A DNA stretch of 63,574 bases, filler included, from Chiloscyllium plagiosum (taxonomy: Eukaryota), in the NCBI RefSeq assembly GCF_004010195.1. It is 3 parts of one record of this genome, joined end to end, with 100 filler letters (N's around TTAATTAATTAA, not from the genome) between each part and the next. Parts side by side here need not be neighbours in the genome. Positions count along the whole stretch, not along the records: positions 1 to 31,593 come from NC_057711.1; 2 more parts are not named here. One strand, written 5' to 3'. Every line of letters begins with the position of its first letter. The stretch's first letter is position 1. Position numbers and translations under genes: made by a program. Below are positions 1 through 13,037 of the stretch, one piece after another. The notes under the pieces are model-generated. The model worked only from the letters and a program-made list of their open reading frames with translations, ran no database searches and was not told the origin of the DNA.

Positions 1-200
1 GATATTGGTGTCCTTCTGGTTCAGGTGCAAACCGTCCTGCTTGTACAGGTCCCCCCTTCCCCAGAATGCAGTCCAATTGTCCAAATACCTGAAGCCCTCC
101 CTCCTCCACCATCCTTGCAGCCACGTGTTCAACTGCACTCTCTCCCTATTCCTTGCCTCACTGTCACGTGGCACCGGCAACAACCCAGAGATAACCTATA
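1..200 (-). mobile_element. CR1 LINE ORF1 (SGNH esterase) fragment
   Basis: Minus strand reads VISGLLPVPRDSEARNRERVQLNTWLQGWWRREG...DLYKQDGLHLNQ, homologous to the ORF1 copies at 8120-8780 and 32750-33370. Confidence 0.85.
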
Positions 201-444
201 CTGTTGATGCTCGCTGATTATAATGGTCAGCGAATCAATATGTTTGTTGCCTTATCTGGATGTTCCTCCCTGTAAAATGACTATGTAATTCATTAAGAAA
301 CTGCTATTTCAGAGAAGACCGAGAACTCATGTCTCTGTGCACATCATTCTCTCCCCCTCCAGGGCCCGGATTAAAGATGAAGGAGGTAAATCTACACTGT
401 GTCTCTGCGAATTTTGTTTCGAATGGGGGGGGGGGCAAATCGAT

Positions 445-2128
445 GACAACAACACAACCCATGCCCTTCACCTCTTCAAAAACTTTCATTTCCCCAACAC
501 CTTATCTTTAACACAGATGTACAGGCCTTTAAACCTGTATGCCCCAAATGGTAGGCCTAAAAGCCCTCCGCTTCTTCCCTCCTATAGGCCGACCAATCCC
601 CCTCCAATGATACTCTTATTCACCTGGCAGAACTGGTCCTCACCTCAACAATTTTTCATTTAATTCCTCCCACTTCTTACTAACCACAGAGGTAGACATG
701 GGCACCTACATGGGCCCGAGCTATGCCTGCCCCTTTGTAGGATTCATGGAACAGTCCCTCTTCAGCAACTGGACTGGCACCATCCCTTCCTCCATTATAT
801 CATTAGTGCTACGTTATGCTCCCTCGAGGTTCATCCACTTTGCCAACACTTTCCACCCTGCGCTCAAGTTCACCTGCACCATTTCTGACACCTCCCTCCC
901 TCCCTTGACCGCTCTGTCTTCAATTCTGGAAACTGACTCACCACCGATATCCATTTCAAACCCACTGGCTCCCACAACTACCTCAACTACAGCTCCCCTC
1001 ACCCATTCTCTTGCAAAAAATGCTATCCCATACTCCCAAATCCTCTGCTTCTGCCTTATCTGATTCCAGGATGAGGCATTCCATTCCAGGACTACCCAAA
1101 TATGCTCCTACTTCAGGGACCATAGTTTCCCCTTCTCAGTAATTAAGGATGCCCTCAACCGCACCTCATCCATCTCCTGCACTTCTGCCCTCAAATCCCT
1201 TTCCCCTCAACAACATTAAGGTTACAGTCCCGTTTGTCCTCACATACCACCACACCAACCTCTGTATCCAACTACCATCCTCCAACATTCCCACCACCCA
1301 TAATCAGACTCCAACACGAAAATTATGTTTCTTTCACATCCGTCTGCTTTCTGCAGGGACTGCTCACTCTGTGACTCCCTCATCAATCAACTTCTCCATC
1401 TCAACCAATACCTTTCCCTTCAACTGCAAGAGGTGCAACATTTGACCCCATACCTCCCCTCTTACCTCCACCAAGGCCCTAAACAATCCTTCCAGACCCA
1501 ACAAAGATTCACCTACACGTCATCTAAACTCATTTATTGCATCTGTTGCTACCAAAGTGACCTCCTTTATAAAGTGTAGTCCAACGCAGACTCTGGGAGC
1601 AGTTGGCAGAACATCTGCACTCTACATGCATTAACCAACCTTCCAGCTGCCATCCACTTTAACTCCCCCTCCCACTCCCGAGCAACCTGTCCATCCTTGG
1701 TTTCCTCCTCTGCCAGAATGAGGCCAAATGGAAACTGGATGAACAACATGTTATCTTTCGACTGGAAAGGTTACAGCCCAATGGCCTCAGCATTGACTTC
1801 ACCAGCTCCAATGTCCCTCCTCCTCCAGCCTTATCCCATGTCTAGCTCCACCCTTCCTCCTCACCTCCCTGACCTGTTCTAACCTGTCCACTCACCTATC
1901 CACTCCACCTTTTCCAATGATCAATCACAAAAAGCCTCCACCTGGATTCACCTAACACTATCCTACCTATCGTTCCTCCAGTCCCACCACCTCCCACTAT
2001 TTACTTCAGGTTTTCCCTCCCCTTCCAATGTCCTGACGAAGGGTTTAAGGCCAAAATATTGACTTTCCTGCTCCTCAGATGCTATCTGACCTGCAGTGCT
2101 CTTCCAGCTTGACATTTATTGGCTCTGA
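445..2128 (+). mobile_element. Degenerate Penelope-like element (RT + GIY-YIG + pseudo-LTR)
   Basis: MGTYMGPSYACPFVGFME and AIPYSQIL RT motifs (ORF 698-1063); FTYTSSKLIYCICC GIY-YIG-like start (~1505-1580); ends in a decayed hammerhead-like motif CTGACGAAGGG...AAAAT at ~2033-2058. Many frameshifts. Confidence 0.8.
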
Positions 2129-2149
2129 CAGCTGCCTCAGTGCCTCACA

Positions 2150-4480
2150 ATCAAGGCAGGATTGTGTGGAGGGACGTTGGACTTAAACACGTGGAAAATA
2201 CAAAACAAGGTAAATATGCATTTGGCATAGATTGAAATGGGCAGGTACGATGTTGTAGGTATCAGGGATCAGGCCTGGGAGCTAAATATCAAAGGATTCA
2301 CATTTTATCAAAAGAACAGGCGAATGGGCAGAGAGGGTGGGGTTGCTTTGTTAGTAAGAAATGAAATTATATAAATAGGACAGCCTTTTAGCAGCACTCA
2401 GGATGTGGGGGAAGAAAATAAATCATGAGATAGAAAAGACATGTAAGAGGAACTATTATAATAGTCATGGGGGACTTCAACATTATGGTGGACTGAGGAA
2501 ATCAGGTTAATAGCCGATCAAAATGAAAGGAATTTGTTGCATATCTACGAGACCTTTTTTTGGAGCACCTTGTGGTACAGCCCATTAGGGAACAGACAAT
2601 TTTGGATTTGGTGATGTGTAATGAGGCAGAAGGGAGCTTAAGGTCAAGGAGCCACAAGGGGCAGTGACTTTAATATGATGGAATTTATCCTGCAGTTTGA
2701 CAGGGAGAACACTGAATTAAATGTAACAGTATTACAAATGAGTGAATGTCACTGCAAAGACATGAGGGAGGAGCTGGCCAAAGTTGACTGGAAGGGGAAT
2801 CTGGCAGAGATGACAGTGGAACAGCAATGGCAGGAGTTTCTGGAGGTAATTAGAGAGGCACAGCAGAAATTCATCCCAAGGAAGAAGGAGCACACTAAAG
2901 GAAGGGTGAAGCAACAATGGCTGATAAGGGATATCACGGACAGCATAAAAGCAACAGATACAGCGTACGATATAGTGAACATTTGTGGAAGTTAGAGCAT
3001 TGGGAAGACTTTAAAGTCCACAAAGAACTACTTAAGAAAAAAGCTGCAAGGCATGAGAAAATGAAATGAGAGTAAGCTAACTAGTTATATTAAAGAAGAT
3101 TGCAAGAGACTTTTCTGGATATTTAAAAGGGAGAGAAAGAAATGAGAGTGGACAATGGGATCACTGGAAAATGAGGCTGAAGAAGTAATGGGGAACAAAG
3201 AAATGGTCGAGGATCTTGCATCCGTTTTCACAGTGAAAGTGTCATACCACAACTTCAAGTGAGTTGAAGGCAGAGATGAGTTGAGTGGTCATCACTAAGG
3301 AGGAGGTACTAGGAAAGCTGTGGATAAATTATACAGACAAGATGAATGAAACCCAGAGTTCTGAAGAAGATAGCTGAGGAGACAGTGGGAGCAGTGGTGT
3401 TGATCTTTCGAGAATCACGAATCGGGGTGGGGGGGGGGGAAACGTCTCAGAAGAATAGAAAATGGCTAATTGGAGCATCTCTTTTTAAGGGAGAGGGGTA
3501 GAAGAGAAGAAATTGTAGGCCTGTTAGCCTGACCTTGGAAAGATTTGAGACTCCATTTTTAAGGATGAGATTGCAGAGTACTTGAAAGTGCATGGTAAAA
3601 TACAATTGAGTCAGTACAACTTCATCAAGGAAAAGTCATGCCTGACAAATCTGTTAGAATTCTTAGAGGTAAGAAGCAAGTTAGAAAAAAGATTACCACT
3701 GGATGTTATCTGTTTGGATTTCCAGAAGGCCTCTGACAATGTGCCTCACAGGCAGCTGCAACATAAGATAAGAACCCATGACATTGCAGCAAGGTGCTTG
3801 CATGGAAAGAGGATTGGTTGACTTGTAGAAGGCAGACAGTAGGGATAGATCAGTATTTTTCAGGATGGCAGCAGGTGTCTATAGTGAAGTTTTACAGGGG
3901 TCCATATTGGGACTACAACTAATCATGGTGACATTAACAATCTGACAAAAGAAATTTAGGCCATTGTTGCTAAGCTTGCAAATGATACAAAAGATGTAGA
4001 GGGACAGCTTGAGTTGAGGAAGCAGGGAGGCTACAACAGGCAAAGTGAACTACAAAAGTCATAGATGGAATGCAATGTGAGAAAGAGAGAGGTTCTACAT
4101 TTCGGGAGGAAGAATAGAGGTGTCCATTATTTTCTAAATGGGGAAAAGCTTCAGAAATATGAAGAACAAAGTCCTCAGACAGGCTTCTCTTACAATTAAC
4201 ATGCAGTTTCAGTTGGTAGTTAGGAAGGCAAATGCAATGTTAGCATTCATTTCAAGAGAGCTGGAATATAATCAGAGAGGGGCACTGCTGAGGCTGTATA
4301 GGCTCTGGTCAGAATGCATTTGGTTTATTGTTGAGCAGTTTTGGGTCCAATATCAAAGGATGGATGAGCGGTGTTAAAGGGTTTTCAAAGGGTTTACAAG
4401 AATGATCTCAGGGATGAAGGGCTTGTCATTTAATAAATAGTACAGGACCCTGGGTCTGTACGTGATGTAATTTAGAAAGA
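2150..4480 (+). mobile_element. Old CR1 LINE ORF2 (APE-RT), 5' part; continues at 6710-7020 and 13181-13240
   Basis: KSCLTNLLEFLE...LDVICLDFQKASDNVPH (ORF 3582-3821), KANAMLAFISR; heavily mutated. Confidence 0.85.
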
Positions 4481-4482
4481 GA

Positions 4483-6709
4483 CATAGAGTCATAGAGAAG
4501 TACAGCATGGAAACAGACCCTTCTGTCCAACCCATCCATGCCGACCAGATAGCGCAACCCAATCTACTCCCACCTGCCAGCACCTGGCCTATATCCCCCC
4601 AAACCATTCCTATTCATATACCCATCCAAATGCCTCTTAAATGTTGCAATTGTACCAGCCTCCACCACTTCCTCTGGCAGCTCATTCCATACACGTACCA
4701 CCATGTGTGAAAACGTTGCCCCTTAGGTGTCTTTTATATCTTTCCCCTCTCACCCTAAAACTATGACCTCTAGTTCTGGACTCCACAACCCTAGGGAAAA
4801 GACTTTGTCTATTTACCCTATCCAAGCCCCTCATAATTTTATAAACCTCTATAAGGTCACCCCTCAGCCTCCGACGCTCCAATGGAAACAGCCCCAGCCT
4901 GTTTAGCCTCTCCCTATAGCTCAAATCCTCTAACCCTGGCAACATCCTTGTAAATCTTTTCTGAACCTTTTCAAGTTTCACAACATCTTTCTGATAGGAA
5001 GGAGACCAGAGTTGCACGCAATATTCCAACAGTGGTCTAACCAATGTCCTACACAACCGCAACATGACCTCCCAACTCCTGTACTTAATATACTGACCAA
5101 TAAAAGAAAGCATACCAAACGCCTTCTTCACTATCTTATCTACCTGCGATTCCACTTTCAGGAGCTATGAACCTGCACTCCAAGATCTCTTTGTTCAGCA
5201 ACACTCCCTAGGACCTTACCATTAAGTGTGTAAGTCCTGCTAAGATTTGCTTTCCCACAATGCAGCACCTTGCATTTATCTGAATTAAACTCCATCTGCC
5301 ACTTCTCAGCCCATTGGCCCATCTGGTCAAGATCCTGTTGTCATATGAGGTAACCCTCTTCACTGTCCACTACACCTCTAATTTTGGTGTCATCTGCAAA
5401 CTTACTAACTGTACCTCTTATGCTCGCATCCAAATCATTTACGTAAATGACAAAAAGTAGAGGACCCAGCACCGATCCTTGTGGCACTCCACTGGTCACA
5501 GGCGTCCAGTCTGAAAAACAACCCTCCACCACCACTCTCTGTCTTCTACCTTTGAGCCAGTTCTGGATCCAAATGGCTAGTTCTCCCTGTATTCCATGAG
5601 ATCTAACCTTGCTAATCAGTCTCCCATGGGGAACCTTATCGAATGCCTTAATGAAGTCCATATAGATCACATCTACCGCTCTGCCCTCATCAATCCTCTT
5701 TGTTACTTTTTCAAAAAACTCAATCAAGTTTCTGAGAGACATGATTTCCCACGCACAAAGCCATGTTGACCATCCTGAATCAGTCCTTGCCTTTCCAAAT
5801 ACATGTACATCCTGAACCTCAGGATTCCCTCCAACAGCTTGCCCACCACCGATGTCAGGCTCACTGGTCTATAGTTCCCTGGCTTGTCCTTACCACCCTT
5901 CTTAAACAGTGGCACCATGTTTGCCAACCTCCAGTCTTCCAGCACCTCACCTGTGACTATCTATGATACAAATATCTCAGCAAGAGGCCCAGCAATCACT
6001 TCTCTAGCTTCCCACAGAGTTCTCAGGTACACTTGATCAGGTCCTGGGGATTTATCCACCTTTTCCCGTTTCAAGACACCCAGCACTTCCTCCTCTGTAA
6101 TCTGGACATTTTGCAAGATGTCACCATCTATTTCTATATCTTCCATATCCTTTTCCACAGTAAATACTGATGCAAAATACTCATTTAGTATTGCCCCCAT
6201 CTTCTGCAGCTCCACACATAGGCTGCCTTGCTGATCTTTGAGGGGTCCTATTCTCTCCCTAGTTACCCTTTTGTCCTTAATGTATTTGTCAAAACCCTTT
6301 GGATTCTCCTTAATTCTATTTGCTAAAGCTATCTAATGTCCCCTTTTTGCCCTCCTGATCTTAAGTATACTCCTACTTCCTTTATACTCTTCCAAGGATT
6401 CACTCGATCTATCCTGTCTATAACTTACATATGCTTCCTTTTTTTTTAACCAAACCCTCAATTTCTTTCGTCATCCAGCATCCCCTATACCTACTAGCCT
6501 TTCCTTTCACCCTGACAGGAATATACTTTCTCTGGATTCTCATTATTTCATTTCTGAAAGCTTATCATATTCCAGCCGTCCCTTTGCCTGTGAACATCTG
6601 CCCCCAATCAGCTTTTGAAAGTTCTTGCCTAATACTGTCAAAATTGGCCTTTCTCCAATTTAGAACTTTAACTTTTAGATATTGTCTATCCTTTTCCATC
6701 ATTATTTTA
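4483..6709 (-). mobile_element. 5'-truncated younger CR1 LINE (RT and 3' UTR) nested in older CR1
   Basis: ORFs 5341-5742 ([27 protein letters not shown]), 4682-5155 and 5724-5945; 3' tail (CTCTATGA)n at ~4483-4496. Confidence 0.93.
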
Positions 6710-7020
6710 GAAGGTTGAAATTTGCTGAGTAAGAAGAAGCCTGGAGATGTGGAGATGATGTTTCCACCAGTAAGAGAAACTAAGACCGAAGGACATGGTC
6801 TCAATGTGAAGGGATGACCCTTTGCAACTAAGATGAGGAGGAATTTATTCAGCTTATTGAGGTCATTAATCTGTGGAAGTCATTGCCATAGAGGGCCATG
6901 TAGGCCAATTTAATGAGTGCATTTAAGATAGGCTATTGGTCAGTAAGGGGATCAAAGGTTATGGAAGAAGCCAGGAGGTGGGTTGAGAAACATATCAACT
7001 GTGGTCGAACGAGTGGAGGA
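6710..7020 (+). mobile_element. Resumption of old CR1 (ORF2 end and first half of 3' UTR)
   Basis: Continues the 2150-4480 copy; second half of its 3' UTR lies at 13181-13240. Confidence 0.75.
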
Positions 7021-7169
7021 TGGGAAAAGTTTCTGGCTGTAACAGCTGCTCCTTTTTTTGAGGTATTTTAGGAGCTGGATGGGATTTTCTCGAATTCCAG
7101 GAGCAGCAATTACTGTTTCATATGCTGTTGCATTGTTTTGGAACTTTGGAAAAAAAAGTCAAAACAACA

Positions 7170-7360
7170 GCGTGGGTTTCCTCCGTGTGCTCCGGTTTCC
7201 TCCCACAGTCCAAAGATGTGCAGGTCTGGTGAATTGGCCATGCTAAATTGCCCGTAGTGTTAGGTAAGGGGTAAATGTATGGGTGGGTTGCGCTTTGGCG
7301 GGGCAGTGTGGACTTGTTGGGCCGAAGGGCCTGTTTCCACACTGTAAGTAAGCTAAGCTA
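7170..7360 (+). mobile_element. 5'-truncated HE1/V-SINE-like SINE
   Basis: Core GTGGGTTTCCTCC..CCACAGTCCAAAGATGTGCAGG and CR1-like tail; flanked by AACAGC. Confidence 0.9.
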
Positions 7361-7414
7361 ACAGCAGCTTTAAAAGGGAAAAGAACAAAGAAAGAATATG
7401 GTGAGGACAGTGCA

Positions 7415-7441
7415 GGAGAGACAGAGAGAGAGAGAGACAGA

Positions 7442-7500
<59 letters not shown>
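7415..7500. repeat. (AG)n microsatellite in CR1 5' UTR
   Basis: Seen directly; shorter homologous tract at ~33990-34018. Confidence 0.95.
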
Positions 7501-7503
<3 letters not shown>

Positions 7504-10412
7504 CTGCACAGTTACTGCCTTTGCTGTTTTGAATTCATGTATTGCTGGACATTGGAGTGCATCTGGGAAAATTAACGAACAGTGAAATTCATAACTAATC
7601 ATGGAGGAATCTGTTTGGGTGAAGTTCACAGCACAGAATCAAATAAGTTAATCGTTGTTTTAAGTGTGTCCAACAGAAAGGCTGCAGTAATGAATAGAGC
7701 GGGTTCTTTCTTGATTATATGTTTTTGGAGATATGTCTCTTGATTAAAGTTAAAATATAAGCCATAACTATTAACTGAACCTGGGGCAGTGTTTGTAGAG
7801 GAATAAGACAGTGTTATTTTCTGGGTCTGCAGATTGTGAAGGAGCAAAAATGGCCTTTAGTACAGTGTTATGTACTTCTTGTCAGATGTGGGAGTTTAAA
7901 GAGAGTTTAAGGGTTACTGCGGATCGTATCTGCCATAAATGCTGTTAGATGCGAATCTTATCAGATCGAGTGGATCGGTTGGAGAGACATTTAGAAGCAA
8001 TAAGGAATTTGGAACAGCAACAGTATGTGATGGATGGCAGTTACAGGAAGGGGGGAAAGTCTCAGATACAGTCACACAGATGGGTTAACTCCAGGAAAGG
8101 TTAGAGAGGTAGGCAGCTAGTGCAGGAATCTTTTGTGGATATACCCATTTCAAACAGGTATGCTGTTTTGGAAAATGTAGGGGGTGATGAATTCTCAGGG
8201 GAATGTAGCACGAATTGCCAAGTTTCTGGTATTGCGACTGGCTCTAATGCAATGAGGGGTACGTCGGCTTGCAAGAGATCAATTGTGTTAGGGGATTCTG
8301 TAGTCCAAGGTACAGACAGACATTTCTGTGGCCAGCAACAAAAAAGCAGAATGGTGTGTTGCTTCCCTGGTGCCAGGATCAAGGATGGCTCAAAGAGGGT
8401 GCAGAATGTTCTCACGGGGGAGAGGGGCCAGCAAGCGGTCATTGTCCACATTGGAAGCAACGATATAGGAAGGGAAAAGGTTGAGATTCTGAAGGGAGAT
8501 TACAGAGAGTTAGGCAGAAATTTAAAAAGGAGGTCCTCGACAGTAGTAATATCTGGATTACTCCCAGTGCTACGAGCTAGTAAGGGCAAGGATAGGAGTA
8601 TAGAGCAGAGGAATGCATGGCTGTGGAGCTGGTGTATGGGATAAGGATTAACATTTTTGGATCATTGGAATCTCTTTTGGGGTAGAAGTGACCTGTACAG
8701 GAAGGACGGATTGCACCTAAATTGGAAGGGGACTAATACACTGTCAGGGAAATTTGCAAGAGCTGCTCGGGACGATTTAAACTAGTAAGTTGGGGGGATG
8801 GGAGTGGCGGCGGAGCTGCGGTGGGACTCAGGGAGATAGTGAAGAAAGAGATCAATCTGAGACTGGTACATTTGAAAACAGAAGCGAGTCAAACAGTCAG
8901 GGCAAGCAGGGACAAGGTAGGACTAATAAATTAAACTGCATTTATTTCAAAGCAAGGGGCCTAACAGGGAAGCCAGATGAACTCAGGGCATGGTTAGGAA
9001 CATGGGACTGGGATATCATAGCAATTACAAAAACATGGCTCAGGGATAGGCAGGACTGGCAGCTTAATGTTCCAGGATACAAATGCTACAGGAAGGATAG
9101 AAAGGGAGGCAAGAGAGGAGGGGGAGTGGTATTTTTAATAAGGGATAGCATTACAGCTGTGCTGAGGGAGGATATTCCCAGAAATACATCCAGGGAAGTT
9201 ATTTGGGTGGAACTGAGAAACAAGAAAAGGATGATCACATTATTGGGATTGGATTATAGACCCCCTAATTGTCAGAGGGAAATTGAGAAACAAACTTGTA
9301 AGGAGATCTCAGCTATCTGTAAGAATAATAGGGTGATTATGATAGGGGATTTTAACTTTCCAAACATAGATTGGGACTGCCATAGTGTTAAAGGTTTAGA
9401 TGGAGAAGAATTTGTTAAGTGCATACAAGACAACTTTCTGATTCAGTATGTGGATGTACCTACTAGAGAAGGTGCAAAACTTGACCTACTCTTGGGAAAT
9501 AAGGCAGGGCAGGTGACTGAGTTGTCAATGGGCCCAGTGACCATAATTGTATTAGATTTAAAATAGTGATGGAAAAGGATAGACCAGATCTAAAAGTTGA
9601 AGTTCTAAATTGGAGAAAGGCCAATTTGGACAGTATGAGGCAAGAACTTTCAAAAGCTGATTGGGGGCAGATGTTCGCAAGTAAAGGGACGGCTGGAATA
9701 TGATAAGCCTTCAGATTGAGATAACGAGAATCCAGAGAAAGTATATTCCTGTCATGGTGAAAGGAAAGACTGGTAGGTATAGGGAATGTTGGATGACGAA
9801 AGAAATTGAGGGTTTGGTTAAGAAAAAGAAGGAAGCATATGTCAGTTATAGACAGGATAGATCGAGTGAATCCTTGGAAGAGTATAAAGGAAGTAGGAGT
9901 ATACTTAAGATCAGGAGGGCAAAAAGGGGACATTAGATAGCTTTAGCAAATAGAATTAAGGAGAATCCAAAGGGTTTTGACAAATACATTAAAGACAAAA
10001 GGGTAACTAGGGAGAGAATAGGGCCCCTCAAAGATCAGCAAGGCAGCCTTTGTGTGGAGCTGGTGGTGGGTTGTTTTTCAGACTGGAGGCCTGTGCCCAG
10101 TGGAGTGCCACAAGGATCGGTGCTGGGTCCTCTACTTTTTGTCATTTACATAAATGATTTGGATGCGAGCATAAGAGGTACAGTTCGTAGTTTGCAGATG
10201 ACACCAAAATTGGAGGTGTAGTGGACAGTGAAGCGGGTTACCTCAGATGACAACAGGATCTTGACCAGATGGGCCAATGGGCTGAGAAGTGGCAGATGGA
10301 GTTTAATTCAGATAAATGCAAGGTGCTGCATTGTGGGAAAGCAAATCTTAGCAGGACTTATACACTTAATGGTAAGGTCCTAGGGAGTGTTGCTGAACAA
10401 CTGTGGGAACAA

Positions 10413-10624
10413 CTTTGGACTGTGGGAGGTGCTCCGGTTTCCTCCCACAGTCCAAAGATGTGCAGGTCAGGTGAATTGGCCATGTTAAATTGTCCGTAGT
10501 GTTAGGTAAGGGGTAAATGTAGGGGTATGGGTGGTTTGCGCTTCGGCGGGTCGGTGTGGACTTGTTGGGCCGAAGGGCCTGTTTCCACACTGTAAAGTAA
10601 TCTAATCTAATCTAATCTAATCTA
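10413..10624 (+). mobile_element. 5'-truncated HE1-like SINE with fold-back 5' junction
   Basis: SINE core and (TAATC)n tail; 10413-10429 is the reverse complement of 10441-10457. Confidence 0.9.
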
Positions 10625-11185
10625 AAAAGACCTTGGAGTGCAGGTTCATAGTTCCTTGAAAGTGGAGTCCCAGGTAGATAGGATAGTGAAGAAGGTGTTT
10701 GGTATGTTTCCTTTATTGGTCAGAGTATTGAGTACAGGAGTTGGGAGGTCATGTTGAGGCTGTGCAATTCATTGGTTTGGTCACTGTTGGAATAGTGCGT
10801 GCAACTCTGGTATCATTCCTATCGGAAAGATGTTGTGAAACTTGAAAGGGTTCAGAAAAGATTCACAAGGATGTTGCCAAGGTTGGAAGATTTGAGCTAT
10901 AAGGACAGGCTGAACAGGCTGGGGATGTTTTCCCTGAAGCGTCAGAGGCTGAGTGGTGACCTTATAGAGATTTACAAAATTATGAGGGGCACGGATAGGA
11001 CAAATAGGCAAAGACGTTTCCCTGAGGTCGGGGAGTCCAGAACTAGAGGGTATAGGTTTAGGGTGATAGGGGAAAGATGTAAAAGAGTCATAGGGGCAAC
11101 GTTTTCACACAGAGGGTGGTACGGGTATGGAATGAGCTGCCAGAGGAAGTGATGGATGCTCTTACAATTGCAACATTTAAAAGGA

Positions 11186-12845
11186 ATTTACTAAGAAGGA
11201 AATACGCAGAGAAAAAATGAGGTACGAAGGTAAACTGGCCAATAATATAAAGGAGGATAGTAAAAGCTTTTTTAGGTATGTGAAAGGCAAAAAAATGGTT
11301 AAGACTAAAATTGGGCCCTTGAAGACAGAAACAGGGGAATATATTACGGGAAACAAAGAAATTGAATTGGTACTTCCGATCTGTGTTCACTGAGGAAGAC
11401 ACAAGCAATCTCCCTGTGGTATCAGTGGCTGAAGGACCTGAACTTAAGGGAATTTATACTAGCCAGGAATTGGTATGGGAGAGACGGTTAGGTCTGAAGG
11501 TTGATAAATCCCCGGGGCCTGATGGCCTACATCCCAGGGTACTGAAGGAGGTGGTTCGAGAAATAGTGGATGCGTTGGTGATTATTTTCCAGAGTTCGAT
11601 AGATTCAGGATCAGTTCCTGCGGATTGGAGGATGGCTAATGTTGTNNNNNNNNNNNNNNNNNNNNNNNNNNNNNNNNNNNNNNNNNNNNNNNNNNNNNNN
11701 NNNNNNNNNNNNNNNNNNNNNNNNNNNNNNNNNNNNNNNNNNNNNNNNNNNNNNNNNNNNNNNNNNNNNNNNNNNNNNNNNNNNNNNNNNNNNNNNNNNN
11801 NNNNNNNNNNNNNNNNNNNNNNNNNNNNNNNNNNNNNNNNNNNNNNNNNNNNNNNNNNNNNNNNNNNNNNNNNNNNNNNNNNNNNNNNNNNNNNNNNNNN
11901 NNNNNNNNNNNNNNNNNNNNNNNNNNNNNNNNNNNNNNNNNNNNNNNNNNNNNNNNNNNNNNNNNNNNNNNNNNNNNNNNNNNNNNNNNNNNNNNNNNNN
12001 NNNNNNNNNNNNNNNNNNNNNNNNNNNNNNNNNNNNNNNNNNNNNNNNNNNNNNNNNNNNNNNNNNNNNNNNNNNNNNNNNNNNNNNNNNNNNNNNNNNN
12101 NNNNNNNNNNNNNNNNNNNNNNNNNNNNNNNNNNNNNNNNNNNNNNNNNNNNNNNNNNNNNNNNNNNNNNNNNNNNNNNNNNNNNNNNNNNNNNNNNNNN
12201 NNNNNNNNNNNNNNNNNNNNNNNNNNNNNNNNNNNNNNNNNNNNNNNNNNNNNNNNNNNNNNNNNNNNNNNNNNNNNNNNNNNNNNNNNNNNNNNNNNNN
12301 NNNNNNNNNNNNNNNNNNNNNNNNNNNNNNNNNNNNNNNNNNNNNNNNNNNNNNNNNNNNNNNNNNNNNNNNNNNNNNNNNNNNNNNNNNNNNNNNNNNN
12401 NNNNNNNNNNNNNNNNNNNNNNNNGACTGGGCTTGTATACTCTTGAGTTTAGAAGACTGAGAGGGGATCTGATTGAGACATATAAGATTATGAAAGGATT
12501 GGACACTCTGGAGGCAGGAAACATGTTTCCGCTGATTGGTGAGTGCCGAACCAGAGGACACAGCTTAAAAATACAGGGTAGACCATTTAAGACAGAGAGG
12601 AGGAGAAACTTCTTCATCCAGAGAGTGGCAGCTGTGTGGAATGCTCTGCCCCAGAGGGCAGTGGTGGCCCAGTCTCTGGATTCATTTAAGAAAGAGTTGG
12701 ATAGAGCTCTCAAGGATAGTGGAATCAAGGGTTATGGAGATAAGGCAGGAACAGGATACTGATTAAGGATGATCAGCCATGATCATATTGAATGGTAGTG
12801 TAGGCTCGAAGGGCAGAATGGCTGACTCCTGCAACTATTGTCTAT
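11186..12845 (+). mobile_element. Second-family CR1 (young, RT region spanning a gap) nested in CR1 3' end
   Basis: DKSPGPDGLHPRVLKE before the gap; LEFRRLRGDLIETYKI and 3' UTR after it. Confidence 0.9.
11646..12424. other. Assembly gap (N run)
   Basis: Ns. Confidence 1.
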
Positions 12846-12866
12846 TTGGCTGGGTATATGAATAGG

Positions 12867-13037
12867 GCAGAGGAGATTTTGGAGGAAGTGGGAGGATTGG
12901 AAAGAGAAGTTGTTCAGGGTGAGGACCAGTTCCTCACCCTGAAGAATTCCTGAACAAGGGCTCATGCCCGAAACGTCGATTCTCCTGCTCCTTGGATGCT
13001 GCCTGACATGCTGCGCTTTTCCAGCAACACATTTTCA
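12867..13037. mobile_element. Short Penelope-derived insert (inverted RT fragment + pLTR with hammerhead-like motif)
   Basis: 18-bp TSD GCTGGGTATATGAATAGG (12849-12866, 13038-13055); minus strand ELVLTLNNFSFQSSHFLQ; plus strand CTGAACA-AGGGC-TCAT-GCCC-GAAACGTC at 12950-12977. Confidence 0.85.

Noticed and set aside
7243..7629. 128-aa ORF with SLSLSL repeat
   Set aside because: Translation of the (AG)n microsatellite plus SINE sequence.
8120..8644. Host SGNH lipase/esterase gene
   Set aside because: It is CR1 ORF1, multi-copy in the window and disrupted by stops.
11362..12762. Long ORFs (466, 424, 316, 273 aa)
   Set aside because: They run through an N gap; the real parts are CR1 RT.
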